Positions 62,240 to 64,000 of a stretch of DNA of 64,000 nt are shown here, piece by piece (the first letter of the stretch is position 1; every line of letters begins with the position of its first letter). The stretch is from Malacoraja senta (lineage: Eukaryota). The translations under genes and the position numbers were made by a program. The DNA lies in contig JAXLNO010000193.1 of assembly GCA_038087875.1 (NCBI GenBank), forward strand, positions 1 through 64,000. The letters run 5' to 3'. A model generated the notes under the pieces. That model had not been told where the DNA came from, did not search any database, and was given only the letters and a program-made list of their open reading frames with translations.

Positions 62240-63835
62240 TGTTTGGGAGAGGGTAGTAGGAGCGATCAAAAATAAAAGAGGGAATTTATGTTTAGAGTCA
62301 GAAACATGTACTAAATTTGTCCTTTGGATCATTATTTAATGAATTTGGATTTGGAAGATCGTGAGATCAGTGTGGGTATGCTAATATTCTAGGACATGTT
62401 GAGATCAGAAGGAGGTGGTGTTGGGTATATGAAGAAAGCTTAAGGTGGATAAGTCCTCTGGTTCTGATGGGATCTCTCCCAAATTATTGAGAGACATGAG
62501 AGAAGATTGCTGGGGCCTTGATGGAGAGCTTTGCATCCTCTCTAGCCACAGGCAAGGTCCCAGAGTGCTGGGGAGTAGCCAATGTTGTTCCTCTGTTTGA
62601 AAAGAATAATAGGGATAATCCAGGAAATTATATGCCACTGAATTTTACATCAATTGTAGGGAACCTATTGGAAAGGATTCTTAGGGATATGGATTTTCTT
62701 GTATTTGCAAAAGCATGGGTATATTAGAGATAATCAGCATGGGTTTGTGCTGGGCAGGTCTTCATGTCTTACAAGCTTGATTTGAGTATTTTGAGGGTGG
62801 GGCAGTGGATATTGTCCACATATACTTCTATAATATATTTGCCTTCATGGTAAACTGATCCAGAAGATTAAGATGCATGGGATCTATGGTGATTTTATAG
62901 ATTTAATTCAAAATTGGCTTGGTCATAAAAGACAGAAGGAAATGGTGGAAGGGTGTTTTACTGAGTGAAGATCTGAGACCAGTGGTGTTCCATGTGGATC
63001 TGTACTTGGACCTTTATTTGTGATACATATAAATGACTTCGACAAAAATGTAGATGGGCGGATTAATGAAATTGTTGACAAGCTGAAAATTGTAAAATTG
63101 TGGCTAGTGAAGAAGTTTGTCAAAGGATACAATGGGATATGGATCAGTTGCAGATATCGGTGGAGAAATAGCAGATGGAGTTTAATCTGGACAAAATGTG
63201 AGATGTTGCATTTTGGGGGGTCAAATGTGAAGGGAAATTTTGCAGTTAATAGCAGGACATTTGCTATACAGAGAGATTTTATGGAATACGTCCCTAGTTC
63301 CCTGAAAGCATTGTATCTAAGAATCAGGAAATCATACTGCAGTTCTATAATTGATTAAGCCTCATTCAGATTATTGTGTGCAGTTCTGGTTGACCCATTA
63401 CAGGAAGGATGTGGAGGGTTTGAAGAGGTCGCAGAAGAGGCTTACTAGCATACTGTTTGGATTAGAGAATATTAGCTATACGGAGAGGTTGGACGAACTT
63501 GATTGTTTTTTTTCTGAAATGTTAAAGGTTGAGGCTAGACCTTATAGAAATGTATGAAAATATGAGAGACATAGATAGGGTAGATAATCAGTCTTTTTCT
63601 GGGGGGGGGGGGGTGGAATTAAATACAAGAGGCATCGATTTAAGGTGAGAAGGGGAAATTTTAAATGAGATGTTTGAGGCAAGCATTTTTTTTACATGGA
63701 AAGTGGTGGGTGCCTGGAACAGGCAGATTGAGGAGGCGGTAGCAGCAGACTGAACTGTGACATCTGAGGCATTTAGATCAACCTGTGAATATACAGGGAA
63801 TGGTGGGTTCTAGATCATATGAAGGCAGATAGGAT
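62240..63835 (+). mobile_element. Decayed CR1-clade LINE ORF2 to 3' end
   Basis: DKSSGSDGISPKLL, ANVVPLFEKNNRDNPGNYMPLNFTSIVGNLLERILRD, SGVPCGSVLGPLFVIHINDFD and PHSDYCVQFW; many stops and frameshifts. Confidence 0.88.
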
Positions 63836-63838
63836 TAA

Positions 63839-64000
63839 GGGGCTGTCACACTGCGGCGACCTAATTGGCGAGTTTAGAAGAGTTTGCCCTCGACTCATAC
63901 TCGCAGCATGGTCGACACGAGGTCCTAGGAGGTCTTTGTAACTCTCCTTCATGCTCGAGAGTAGTCCCCGCGTACTCGAGGCCTCAGCTAGGTCGCGGCA
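63839..64000. mobile_element. Left end of a probable non-autonomous DNA transposon (PIF/Harbinger-like; Kolobok not excluded), running off the window
   Basis: Abrupt switch from the CR1 tail to CpG-rich sequence at (T)TAA|GGGGCTGTCACACT. The other TIR is not visible. Confidence 0.45.

Noticed and set aside
1..64000. Immunoglobulin/TCR segments with RSS, tRNA/rRNA/snRNA genes, or prokaryotic operons
   Set aside because: By eye I found no heptamer-spacer-nonamer pairs with V/J-like ORFs and no complete structural RNA genes. tRNA-like heads belong to SINEs. A manual scan could miss short exons or RNAs.

Overview
Repeat-rich vertebrate genomic DNA. The repeat repertoire (HE1/V-SINE-like SINEs, CR1-type tails, abundant Penelope-like fragments) suggests a cartilaginous fish, probably a skate or ray; this is inference. 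I recognised no host protein-coding gene. The only long intact ORFs belong to a full-length, apparently young L1 retrotransposon (20521-27139, minus strand) with intact ORF1 and ORF2, a poly(A) tail and a 17-bp TSD. The window also holds a decayed DIRS tyrosine-recombinase retrotransposon interrupted by an L2, two Tc1 transposons and a complete non-autonomous Helitron inside a Rex1/Babar LINE. More than a dozen Penelope-like (PLE) fragments are present, carrying a minimal hammerhead-ribozyme-like motif, several as tiny TSD-flanked or tail-out inverted insertions. There is a three-level PLE>Tc1>PLE nest, an unclassified TAG...CTA DNA element, and many CR1, Tx1 and SINE relics. The first ~16.8 kb is comparatively TE-poor and retains CpG, like the flank of a hypomethylated regulatory locus. 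I cannot support a wholly new biological system. The best leads are the hammerhead-bearing PLE mini-elements, the intact L1 with a non-canonical target site and duplicated inter-ORF region, and a Helitron carrying a duplicated promoter/first-exon-like cassette. Boundaries without a TSD or TIR are approximate.
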